Shown here: in pieces, positions 12,401 to 22,000 of the stretch
Layout of the letters: every line of letters begins with the position of its first letter
Numbering within the stretch: the first letter of the stretch is position 1
Notes under the pieces: generated by a model
What the model was told of the DNA's origin: nothing
Seen by the model: the letters and a program-made list of their open reading frames with translations, nothing else
Database searches by the model: none
Program-made: the position numbers and the translations under genes
NCBI GenBank assembly: GCA_030141605.1
Contig: JAQGDQ010000003.1
Span: 2,418,001 to 2,482,000, forward strand
DNA length: 64,000 nucleotides
Direction of reading: 5' to 3'
From: Tubiluchus corallicola
Taxonomy: Eukaryota; Animalia; Priapulida

Positions 12401-15400
12401 TCCACATTGAGAATTATGTGGATAACTCCTACAATTCAATAATGTGTAATATTTTCCTTGTATTACTTGTGAACACATTTGTGATACTTCCAATGTCTTA
12501 CGCATTGATTAAAGATATAGCAAAACACAATAACCAAAAATGGGCCTTTTGCAGATACAAAAAAATATTTCTGTAAATAATAACAAAAATTATCAATACT
12601 TAGGGTGACTATAAAAGGGCAACGGCATTCATTGATTTCATAATTTAAGCATACTTATGTAATGCAGCTAGAGGTTCACGTAACATAAATATGTGGTAGC
12701 AGACCTTGTCAGCGACAACTGCATCTTGCCTCTGGATCTGCCATTCTTAAATACTACTCTGAACAGATCATATGACCTGCCTATACACTGCTGATTGGTT
12801 CATTGTTTGTTAGCTCGGACGGATCACGTACGCAGATCTTAATAGGCGATATACTGAATCATGAGCCCAGGTCTGCTGGCTCTTGACTACATGTTGGCAC
12901 ACTTGTTTTCACATCCGGGCCCTCTTCATGAGTGCTTCCGTGGATGCACACGTTTACATACGCCGGTAAAGTGTAGTGTTTGTTGTGTAATTACTGATTT
13001 TAATTTAGTGTTAATTAATTTAATTTAGTGATATTATTATTGGCAACATTTGCATATGCCACATTTAAATAGTGAGATCCATTTCACAAAATCCCTAGTG
13101 AGTTTGAGAACTATACAAACCAATAACATTTAACTCCGCTTCTCCATATATATCATCACCATATCCCACAATGCATTGATACATTCCTGAGTCATCTGCC
13201 TTCGCTTCATATAAACGCAATGAAGAAGAAGGCGAATAAGAAAGGTCTATCCTTTTTCTAGAAATTGGCGTGCCTTTCAGGATACGCCGCTCACCATTTC
13301 TAAAAAGCAACGCTAAAATTAATATTACACAACTATTTTTCTTTTTTCAAAAATTAGCTAATACAATACACCATTGCTTTTTCAGCAAAACGAAAAGTTG
13401 TAAGATAGCAGATAAGCTATCAAACAAGCCTCAGTCCACAAACCATGTCAAACACATTCTACCTGAGCCATGGAACGAGTCGATAGAAATGAACACAAAA
13501 AGCAATTTTACATACATTGTTTGTTTAAAGACATTTTTAGGTCTGGTGAGATATGTTATCCATGATACATCAAATAAACATTATCTCTGTCACATGGTCT
13601 TCAGATGTAATGCTTGGCAATCAGATAGATAGGTGAGAGGACCTCTAGTACAAGACTGTGTAATATGTCACACATTTTTTTATATGTACTACCCAAATTG
13701 TTGCATATACTTTTATGTTATTGGGTGGAATGAGTAATGTAAACGTGGCAAGGTAATGTTTAACTAAATGAGTACTATAAGAAATACGTAATGACATGCC
13801 TTCGTAGTCGCAAAATTCCCCATCCATCCTTCTTCCAAGTGAGCTCAAGTAGCTGTTTTCCTTTAGGCAGTTTATAGTCGCAGTTTAATATCACACTAGT
13901 GTTTTCGTGTGCTACAGGTGGCACTGCTGTCACTAATACCCGTGGGCTAGGTTGTGCTATAATTCCTGCAAAATAATAACGAATTATTTTGACAAGATAA
14001 GAATATTAACAAAATTTAACTACTTATACAACTTTCACTTTTGATTGTTAATTGAAATGAAAATCAGCATTATAATTTGTGAATAAGCCTTTTTATAACG
14101 TTTTAAAATATGCAATAATACATGAAAGAACATCGCCTCCTATATAAGCCTGGCGTATGAATTGTAGATATTTACGGTTTCTACAAACTGACATGCTCAT
14201 ACTTACTAAGCTTCTGATTAAGTGCAAACTTAGTGGAACATATTATATAAAAGATAACTTATATAATTTATGAGGCTACTGCTGCATCACAAGAGCAATA
14301 AAAACAACTGATAGTGAATAATTAAGTAGGTAACTGGGGCCACTTATTCCAAAGCACTCTAAAAACTTCATTCCCAAACTCCCAAAGTAATACAAAGCAC
14401 ATTCATTTAGATAGCTGGCTCAGTTTGTTCAAAAACAAATAGGAATCCTTTGTGTTACACTTTACAGGAGCGCAATAACAAATGCTTCACAATTAATAAT
14501 TTTAGTAAAGATACAGTAGTCCAGTGAGTCTGCTAATAATCATGCATTTATATGAGTTCCCCTGAGAGGACAATTACCAACTAAAATTTTATGCAGACCA
14601 TTTATAATGAAAAATGTAAGCGAAACGAAGTTACTAAGTAATTAACGCACAAGAAAAACATAGAGTCAATTTCATCAGAATGAAACTCTTTTTAAAAGCA
14701 AGCAATTTCTCTTTGCTTTAGAAATCTCATTGCATTATTAACATTGTCATCAATCATAGTCACATGCTATCAATCTGCTCCATATCATTCTGATTGCAAG
14801 AAACAGTATATCATTTATACACACAAACCAAGCGTTCAATGACTTCATGCAAAGTCAGTGCAACAGCCTGCCTAATTTCTCTCAATAGCTGCCACTTATT
14901 TGAATAAAATTTCTAGCTCCATTATGTGTGCATAGAAAACAAAACTACTTCCTGTAGATTGTACAGTTATAAAGAAAAGCAGAACAGGAAGAGAAAAGTC
15001 TCTCTGCATGTACTCTAGAGCGAGCACATCCAAAAAGAATAATTAAAAACTGCATGTAATAATACAGGCGCCACAACTGTTGATATCCTGACATGTAATA
15101 TGTACAATTAACGATGCACATTACAGTGTTGTGGCAAGAGTATTCACTGTTAGTACTAATACAAAACACAATGAATAATAATGACAGTGGTCATAGTTTA
15201 TTAATAATAATAACATGGCCTAAATAAGAAATGCAATCACGAGGAAGAATTGAAGAAGCCAGTACATTCAAATATCCATTTACTGTGTCATGCATAGAAA
15301 AATTAATTATGCATAATACCCATGTTAAGTGTGTCAACTGCTTGAATTAGTATAGTAAGATTATATATAACCTCAGCTTATATATATGCAGTTTATATAT

Positions 15401-15498
15401 ATGCAGTTGAAATTGAAATTTATATATATAAAAATATATATATAACCATGCTGACATTTTTTTCAAAACTTTAAATATATATATATATATATATATAT

Positions 15499-15550
<52 letters not shown>

Positions 15551-16836
15551 ATATATAGAAAGAGAGAGCTTTGAAAAAGAAATGACAGCATGGTGTAGTA
15601 TTGTTCATTTACGACCTCCACAATTCAGTTTCCCCTTGGGAATAAAAATTATTTGAACACATTTCCGCTGTTTAATGGTGTTCCCACATGTTTCAATTCA
15701 ATCTTCACTCGTAATATTAGAAACCCATATTAGTTTTTCACACTGTGGCTGTATAATTGAGTTTTAATTTTTCAAAGCCATTGTAACCCTATGTCACTCT
15801 GCATGCAGCCCATATAAATACTATGTTTAAATACTTCTTCTGTAGCTTTGTAAAGTTACAATTTAATCCACAGATTGTGAAAATTCATTTTATTATCATT
15901 ACTTAATTTGTCTTGTGGTATGCTTTCAAATGATATCTTACAAGACAATTCTACATTCCTAGTCAGAGGGCACTTTTCTGACACCCAGGCCAATGTACTA
16001 AATTCCAAAATTTGTTTAATTTTGTAGACAAATCCCTTCACAGGCCGGCCCACTTAGCCAAAGTAAGTTAATTTGGTTCCGTGCACTAGAACTCTGCACC
16101 CTCTATCACCCACCAGTGTTTCAGCAACCTGCTATTAAAAGCCTAGGAGGAGAGAGCTTTCAAAACTTTTTGAGAAAAAGACCTTTGACCTTGAACCACA
16201 CCTCCGAGGTTATCCAACAAAGGTTTTACCCTCATCCGGATCCATAAGCTGCTAAAGGCTTAGATACCAATTCGATAAGGTTTCTGTTACTAACCAAAAT
16301 AAAAGCCATAACAATAATAGAAATAATAAAAAATAAACAAACAAACAAGCAACACGCGTTGTTTCAATGTAAGTTGAAATACCAAACAGGCCTAATTGTA
16401 GGCAGAGACGTGATGTATTATTTATCGCGTCCAGGTTATACTAATTGTTACTCAAATTAGGTATTCCAAAGGAACGCGTAGGCCCATTGTGCAGCTAGGA
16501 GTTGTAATCTGAGCTCAAACTTTTAGTTGCACAACTGTTTGTACTACAGTATACTGTTTCAATAAGAGTGTGCAGACATACGATTTTTAATTACACACTA
16601 GACAATAGTTAGAAGTAAGAAGAACGCAGTATCTTATGAAGATCGAGGCACAACTAAACATTCGAAAGAGAAAATCAAAATAACGAAGATAAATCATTCT
16701 TACTGTCTTTGCTGCAATTTTTATTCAATGATTCAGTGACAAATGCAGAGAGATTGCAGACAAAAATAATTATGAAGTTTGGAAAGTGAACAGTGCATGC
16801 AAACACGTCTTTATACAAGGAAATGAAACATTTCAT
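165..16836 (-). CDS. Multi-exon IgSF type-I membrane receptor/adhesion molecule (7 Ig + FN3 + TM + ITIM tail), Sidestep/nephrin/Echinoid-like; whole gene model, about 1057 aa
   Basis: 25 exons with AG acceptors and GT donors (one possibly GC) whose phases chain without a frameshift; total 3174 nt, divisible by 3. Ig Cys/Trp/DxGxYxC motifs, an FN3 'GNDGG..QEF' motif, a hydrophobic TM followed by RKKKRK, and stop TAG at 167-165. Confidence 0.9.
1724..1833 (-). CDS. Exon 24: cytoplasmic (GKNKKVYLPQLEHANNPYLDHTSGSDTDSNRGEENPA)
   Basis: ctttgtttaaag acceptor (phase 1); GCG|GTAGGT donor (phase 0) matching the last exon. Contains an NNPY/NPY tyrosine motif. Confidence 0.8.
2730..2792 (-). CDS. Exon 23: 63-nt symmetric cytoplasmic exon (DEFSNKENGPTSKMALTSAHN); alternative in-phase donor at 2721
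   Basis: tttctttcag acceptor; donors G|GTAGGT (2730) and A|GTATGT (2721) are both phase 1. Confidence 0.65.
3338..3376 (-). CDS. Exon 22: 39-nt symmetric cytoplasmic microexon (KNKNTDKEKSKS)
   Basis: tttattttcag acceptor, CAG|GTAC donor, phase 1-1, charged peptide. Confidence 0.7.
3817..3846 (-). CDS. Exon 21: 30-nt symmetric cytoplasmic microexon (AIWTYRSPCK)
   Basis: caatgcag acceptor, strong C|GTAAGT donor, phase 1-1. Confidence 0.65.
4177..4265 (-). CDS. Exon 20: cytoplasmic (EPVNQNLLTTKSDDIEAGFLPADPAKDGE)
   Basis: ttttttcag acceptor, G|GTAAT donor, phase 2 to 1. Confidence 0.8.
5332..5362 (-). CDS. Exon 19: 31-nt juxtamembrane microexon (GNYNINGTDRK)
   Basis: ttttttag acceptor, AA|GTAAG donor. 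Its phase 1 to 2 is required to join exon 20. Confidence 0.8.
5592..5723 (-). CDS. Exon 18: transmembrane segment (KPKEDPVLSGGAMLGIIIVILVLLVIISAIIIIVVRKKKRKSK)
   Basis: Long hydrophobic run followed by a polybasic stop-transfer segment; ttttag acceptor, G|GTAAG donor. Confidence 0.93.
6182..6271 (-). CDS. Exon 17: C-part of FN3 (PGTEYKLDILAVNDIGSSSSYPINAKTLE)
   Basis: PGTEY...AVN..G.S is the FN3 C-terminal signature; tttgcag acceptor, G|GTTTGT donor. Confidence 0.92.
6659..6823 (-). CDS. Exon 16: N-part of FN3 (PPQRPRQCKWEEGTSYIFIQCRKGNDGGFHQEFVLFVNDVEYMRSIQPIFNISV)
   Basis: ttattccag acceptor, PPxxPxxC...C..GxDGG..QxF motif, G|GTAAG donor. Confidence 0.9.
6991..7168 (-). CDS. Exon 15: C-half of Ig7 (IEFEWRVGDQ...DFQDYMCRARNDIGWSIETCIIRFREK)
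   Basis: ttgcag acceptor, Trp and DF..YMC.A.N.IG motifs, T|GTGAG donor. Confidence 0.92.
7374..7468 (-). CDS. Exon 14: N-half of Ig7 (SPECIVKDQTFNAALNEKVVLTCEMRSIPNP)
   Basis: tttcag acceptor, CCT|GTAAGT donor, phase 1 to 0. Confidence 0.9.
7555..7660. repeat. Degenerate (GAT/ATG)n trinucleotide low-complexity tract in an intron
   Basis: Repeated atg/gat/gac triplets visible directly. Confidence 0.7.
7893..8003 (-). CDS. Exon 13: C-half of Ig6 (LKLDEGPVMRIHAGLYTCVVSNPMGKASKDVSLIVQ)
   Basis: tttcag acceptor, AGLYTC..SN..G motif, C|GTGAG donor. Confidence 0.92.
8202..8357 (-). CDS. Exon 12: N-half of Ig6 (PPGFMEVSPSSITVQEYDFLSREFSCSADGDPEPTYKWIKKDTNVVYSETN)
   Basis: ttctag acceptor, CSADGDPEPTYKW I-set motif, G|GTAAT donor. 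Confidence 0.92.
8838..8989 (-). CDS. Exon 11: C-half of Ig5 (YKDDKE...ISRVDAGSYTCQASNLIGWGKVSEPFELRVQ)
   Basis: ttttacag acceptor, DAGSYTC motif, T|GTAGGT donor. Confidence 0.92.
9149..9266 (-). CDS. Exon 10: N-half of Ig5 (KPEAKISAASPLLVMESESAFVTLACIIEANPLANDIKW)
   Basis: tgcag acceptor, C..EANP..W motif, TG|GTATG donor in phase 2. Confidence 0.9.
9675..9765 (-). CDS. Exon 9: C-part of Ig4 (LLKTDYGSYQCTASNEMGQGSSLPFFLDIE)
   Basis: ttttacag acceptor, DYGSYQCTASN motif, T|GTAAG donor. Confidence 0.92.
10142..10320 (-). CDS. Exon 8: N-part of Ig4 (PPEVKMLYMGADLQSSVATEGDVLELVCDSDANPPSEYFRW...SLRIQK)
   Basis: ttttatag acceptor, CxSDANPP..W motif, AAG|GTGAG donor. Confidence 0.92.
10570..10747 (-). 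CDS. Exon 7: C-half of Ig3 (GKPRYTDVQWIKDG...DMSGEFTCLGWNSVGWGPESDVFTLDVT)
   Basis: tttcag acceptor, Ig Trp/Cys motifs, T|GTAAG donor. Confidence 0.92.
11295..11374 (-). CDS. Exon 6: N-half of Ig3 (YAPRARFPQPSARVAEHSSFSITCILE)
   Basis: ttttacag acceptor, GAG|GTATG donor, phase 1 to 0. Confidence 0.88.
11654..11756 (-). CDS. Exon 5: C-part of Ig2 (ISAEDDRSAYECRSWNMALRPENPKNAFIILKVS)
   Basis: ttttag acceptor, DD..YEC..N motif, T|GTAAG donor, phase 0 to 1. Confidence 0.9.
12128..12339 (-). CDS. Exon 4: N-part of Ig2 (PPQEPVIS...LVLTCESDGGKPPANVTWWHNG...SSKITLE)
   Basis: CxSxGGKPPAxVTW is a C2-set (nephrin/Sidestep-type) signature; cttttag acceptor, GAG|GTACGT donor. Confidence 0.92.
13121..13299 (-). 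CDS. Exon 3: C-half of Ig1 (NGERRILKG...SLRLYEAKADDSGMYQCIVGYGDDIYGEAELNVI)
   Basis: tttttag|A acceptor, DSGMYQC motif, G|GTTTGT donor, phase 2 to 1. Confidence 0.9.
13800..13965 (-). CDS. Exon 2: N-half of Ig1 (V-set-like; IIAQPSPRVLVTAVPPVAHENTSVILNCDYKLPKGKQLLELTWKKDGWGILRLR)
   Basis: Acceptor ttttgcag|GA; B-strand Cys and C-strand Trp. Phase-2 end at either AAG|GCATGT (13800) or TAC|GTATTT (13788). Confidence 0.85.
15360..15594. repeat. (TA)n microsatellite flanked by imperfect inverted repeats
   Basis: Long TA runs at about 15475-15556; arms accatgctgacatttttttcaaaact (15445-15470) and agctttgaaaaagaaatgacagcatggt (15567-15594). Confidence 0.9.
16704..16836 (-). CDS. Exon 1 candidate: start codon and leader (MKCFISLYKDVFACTVHFPNFIIIFVCNLSAFVTESLNKNCSKD)
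   Basis: ATG at 16836, open frame with hydrophobic core FIIIFVCNLSAFV, donor A|GTAAG in phase 1 matching exon 2. Lies near the CpG transition. The leader is atypically long, so this call is uncertain. Confidence 0.5.
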
Positions 16837-17651
16837 CTTGCTCACTGCTGATTTTCCATCATTCAGTCAATGATAGGTACTGCTTACAATCCTGGTCAGT
16901 CACTCAGGCCAATGCCTAAGCAGTGTGGCTATACATGTATTTGCAAAAGTTGCAAAGGTAAATGATTATGTTATAAAACTTTAGGTTTATATATAGAAGA
17001 ATGAGAAGCCCAAAAATAAGAGTTATTTTTCTGGGCTCATGTATGTACAGCCTAGTAATGAGTAAAGTTCATCAAAACTACCAATACAATAATAAGTGAA
17101 GTGCTTACGCGACGATTTCTCCCAACTCCATCTCTACACATTTTACATAATTTGTTGTAATTCCTTTATGAACATAGTATTGGAGATAAATAAACTTTCG
17201 AATTCATTTGAATTGATGATGAGCCGGTAAGTCAGCAGACAACATATAAACGTCTTGTCATTAATCGCTGGCTAGTTATTTGATAAGTCCAATATTTCTG
17301 GTGTCTATTTCTTTTTTTGTGAATTAACGCACAAATCTGAATTCCGTAGTACGAGTTGCGCAGATACCGTATTTTGGTACCCCTTAGCAAAATTGCTGGA
17401 AGTTCGAGTTGTGCAACTAAATATTGCATGCATGTCTGCGGGGGGCCTAAGGCCTACGGATATATGCGCCGTTTGCCGTATAACCATATGTGGTTATATT
17501 AAAATACACAAAAAATAAACATTTATGCATATCACAAAGCAGACAAAATATTACGCTGATTATATTAAAAAAGCCACAAAATTTAATTTAAAAAAATTAT
17601 GATGTGAAAAGCACTGCCGCAAAATTTTCAAACAGTACAAGCAGTAACAAC

Positions 17652-18578
17652 TGTTGGGAGCCGAGTGGACCACTGCGCCAAGTAGACCGCGGTCTACATG
17701 GGCTAGCCCAAGTAGACCGCGTTCTACTTGGGCTGCCCAAGTAGGACACTAGAGACAGGTCGCGAATTGAGTCGTTAAGTGTACTGACACAGTCCGTTGT
17801 GCTTGTTTATGTGATAATAATAATTAAAAACGTTAGTACACGTTGAATAATTTATTATACATCTAATAAAATAAAAGAATTTTATTCTGAGCTGGTAGAA
17901 GCACCGCGAGGAGGTCGAGAGGTTGGACTTAATTAGCTCAGCAAAATTTTTTTTGATGGCTACCTTGCCTTTGAAGCGATCAGTTTATGCCCACTCATAC
18001 ATACACACAGTGATTGCTATTTCAGTTCAAAATCAATTTTCGTTTTGTTTTGAAAATATCAGTTTGTTCATAGGGCAACATCGCTATAACAAACCAATAT
18101 TTTTCATCCACACTGAGGATTTGGAATTAATGTTAGAAAAATTTATCAGCTGCATTTTTATAAACATGTTTATGCAATTCAAGTAGGAAAATATTTGACA
18201 GAATTAGCAAAGCACTTTCACAGAATGTAATACAAAATAAAAATAAATATGACTATGGAAACAATAATAAATACGAGCAAAGTAAATAACAGGCTAAGCT
18301 ACAGCAATATTATAAAATAACATTTTGGTTGGGACTCAAAAAACTCAAAAAAGTTATTACTAGTAACACAATAAACCAAAACTTGACAAAAGGTAAAACT
18401 TGACAAAAGTTCATAAACACTGGAATATTCTCACTTAATATTTAAGTCTACAGCTAAACAATCCTACATCTAACACCTACATTTATCGCTAGTGTCCTAC
18501 TTGGGCTGCCCATGTAGGACACTACTTTTAGCGCATCAAGTGGTCTACTTGGCGCAGTGGTCCACTCGGCTCCCAACA
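17652..18578. mobile_element. Non-autonomous DNA transposon (MITE), 927 bp, with perfect 37-bp TIRs, TGT...ACA ends and palindromic subterminal repeats
   Basis: Left TIR tgttgggagccgagtggaccactgcgccaagtagacc is the exact reverse complement of the right end. AT-rich non-coding interior. Flanks caac/caaa are a near-match 4-bp TSD. Confidence 0.9.
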
Positions 18579-18965
18579 CAAACCGTAAAAGCGCGAAGCC
18601 CATAACCTTATTCAGATTAGTTTATTCACAGAATCGCTGAAAGCGCACGGTGCACGCAGCGCAGCAACACTGTATTTTTTATGTATCATTGTCTGACCAA
18701 ACTATGTATGGCCTTCGGCCGAATAATAGCCAAAGCAATTGGCTTGGGTTGTGTGCATTATTTGCGAAGGTATTCTAGTCACTTGTCAACTTTATTAAAG
18801 AAACATGCTGCTACTGTTTGTATTTTGGGATTACAGAAGAATAGCCAAATAAGGGTCGTGTTAATCCTCGAAACCCATTGAAGAATGGTAACAAACTGCT
18901 GATGACCAGTATCTTTTTTGCAGTTGACATGTTTGCATTTTGATTGCTTTCTTTGCATCCTACAG

Positions 18966-19082
18966 GCCTCGACCAGCTGTCAACTGTTTTTTCTCGTTGG
19001 TTCTGTTTACGAATAACTATTGCTCTAACATTGGACACTGAAATTTGATATCATAAAACAAATGGTTGTGGAACAGTGGTAC
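18966..19082 (+). other. Orphan exon-like segment of a possible divergent transcript
   Basis: Acceptor tttctttgcatcctacag and donor TAC|GTAAGT. No recognisable peptide. Confidence 0.3.
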
Positions 19083-22000
19083 GTAAGTCTTGAAGTTTGC
19101 TAAATTTTTTATAATGATTGATAATTGACATAACTGTTTAATCTTTCACAATATTCGTTTTCATTGCAAAACGGCTCAAAATGATGACAAGGTTATCACT
19201 TATCCTGCAACGAGTTAGTACTACAATGACTAAGTGACTGAACACCTCTAAGAGTTGAATCGATCAATCTGTATGATATACACTCAGATGAAAAATCTTA
19301 ATGAACAGAGTTTGAAAAAATCTTAGGACAACAAAATTAAAAAACACGACAAAACTATAGCAGTGTTCTAACTTGAAAAGTAGGGTTTTCTATTTCTTCA
19401 TTACACACGAAACTTCTATACCAGCTGCATTTTAAAAGAAACTTGAAGCCATGAGACAATCCTAGCCGAGATGTGTAGCGCTTCGCGTGTGAGATTATCG
19501 GAACACTTGTTATTGCCGGCTGATCTAATGCCATCACAGTTAAGGTCTGTAATCACTTTAGATGGTGTACAATGATCTAACTCTTTTACACATAAAACGA
19601 AATTAATGAAATAAACATGTCATCAAAGTGACAGTCACTCTTCCCACGACACATTGCAAACTAAAGGTCAGCATCTGCAACTAGTTAAATTCACGCGCTA
19701 AGCCTAAGCTGGTCAATAATCCTTCCCTAGCTTAGTGACTGCCGAAATATGTCCCAAGACTACCCTGTTTGTTTATTGTAATTTTAGATGGGATTTAGCG
19801 ATTTTTCAAGTGCAGCTTCAGAGCCTTTTATTTACGTAGACGAGTAATTAGCGAAAACAAAAGCACAGCTTCAATTAAAACTAGTGTAGTAAACCATGCA
19901 ATGACTAGACTAAATAACCAGCCAGTGTGGCCACTCGGAGCATTGTCGTAATGAATTTAAACATTATTTTTCATAATTAATGGGAGCCGAGAAGTCATTA
20001 TAGTCTAAAATTCATGTCCGCTTGTCACATGTTTGCAGCTAACTGTTCGTCTTCATCGTGGAGTAACAGAAAGAGCACAAAGGCCTGTATATAGTTTAGC
20101 ATCATAGGTTTTTATAGATTACCGAGTCTGATTCCCTAAGTGGCAACTCGAATATGGTTAAGCTGGCAATAAGTTCGGACAAGCTGAGGGCACAAAGGGG
20201 GGATTAAGGCAAAAAAATTGAAGAGAAATAGTTAAAGACCAGCTAATGCTACGTAACAGGCGCTACGTTCCTCTGGAGAAGCATTCTAGCGTCATGGAAA
20301 ATGCTAATCTTTCTCAGTAAGCCCTTACAATAATACAACTAAAGTGAAAAGTTCAACAGGGAGACTCCAATGGGGATATACAGATCACGGACCAGAAAAA
20401 ATGATTATAGAAGCACGTACGGGAAAAAAGAAGAAGCGAACAGCAGAAGGTGAAGGCTAGCTCAAACACGACAAAATTGCAAAAAAACAAAAAACAAAAA
20501 GGGCCTCAGACTCTTAGGCAGAAAGTCGATGTGTGTAGACTCTAAGTAAGTAAAAACGACCTTGAATTGACTCACTGGAAGCGATACAAACAATAACTGA
20601 TTACCGTGCACAATAAGCTATACAGTCATAATGTTACGTTTTAAATGTTCGTTTTAACAGTAAGGCAGGTTAATTTAATTCTTTGATCCACTAAACACAA
20701 ATAAATAAAAACTGAGATAAAACTTGCTGCTGCTCGAGACGCAACTGTATAATTTTACAATTTGCGCATGAACACATAAGAAAATGTGTAGGTCCTAATA
20801 AGACAAAAACAATTCCATCAATTTTTGTCAAAATAAATGACATTGTATAGGCCTGTTTACTTCGTTTTGAAATACCACAAACGCTGTCCTTTCTCAGTTC
20901 GTTTTGATCTGTCAAAACTCATCTTGAAATTTATTGATGTTTTACATTTGAGAGATAAATGGTAGGATGCATAAATAACGACTCGAAAAAATATATCATC
21001 TAAAGGTCACTGGCCTATTAACATTATTGAGGATGCAACACAACTACCGTAAACAATGTTTTATTCCTGACTAACTTTTTATGTTATACAAAACTATAAT
21101 TTGCATGGTGACGGCAAACGCCGCTGCACGCTCAAATTACATCTTTTTTTATTCAAAAGGGAAAGTCGGTTTCTGCGGCCATTTTATCAGCTCGTCCAAC
21201 TTTGAACAGGCTTTGAGAAATCAATTCGGCAAACACCCAATGGACTTGGCTGCATTTTGGCAATGGATGCGTGCTTAGAACTGATAAAGCACTTCTTAGC
21301 AAATGACTGTAATGATCAGTTTAGCTGTACAGATCAATGATGAATGCAGAGACGTACTGCTCCCAGTCTAACGGGAAAATTTATTTTAAATGTTGCTTTC
21401 ATGAACGATTCTATCGGGATTCAAACCATGTAAGTGCTTCCATTAAAACTAGTCCCACTAAGGGATGTGGGTCAGTATTATGTCCAGACACAACAGGCTC
21501 AAATGAAACCTATTAGCAAGTGGGTGGATTTTATGCCAGTGTTTTCAAGTTGAGGTATGACTGATCATTACCAAGTTGTTCAGCATACATCAAGTGGATA
21601 ATATGCCGTATAGACCGGCATTGAATAGGACTATATAATCTAACCAAAGAAGGCTAAACTCGCAAATGCAGTTTTACAACTGATAGATCTGTGGAACGAG
21701 TCAGTGAATGCAAGCGAAAATACCATTAGTATCAAAGATTCTTACACTCATTTTTAATGATACTCAATGTTAGCTCCTCGCCGCCCATATACTCGTATTT
21801 TTCTGTCTTGTTCTTGGCCCAGTTATTCGAATGTTTTTAACAATTCAGAGCTGAAGATGAAGTGTCTTCTTACCATCTTTCTCTCGCATTTTGGTATATG
21901 TAGCTGTATCTGCATTATTAATGTTGGACGTGCAACTCAAAATTCAGCACTTCACAGCAGATTTTGCTGTAGCAGTGTATATATTTTACTGTATAGCCTA

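Noticed and set aside
14945-15169. Signal-peptide-like MQFLIILFGCARSRVHA as an alternative leader exon
   Set aside because: No convincing phase-1 donor after the hydrophobic stretch to join exon 2. Not fully excluded.
16290-16365. Hydrophobic minus-strand frame (CLFVCLFFIISIIVMAFILV) ending at A|GTAAC
   Set aside because: T-rich low-complexity sequence with an in-frame stop just upstream and no Met before the hydrophobic run.
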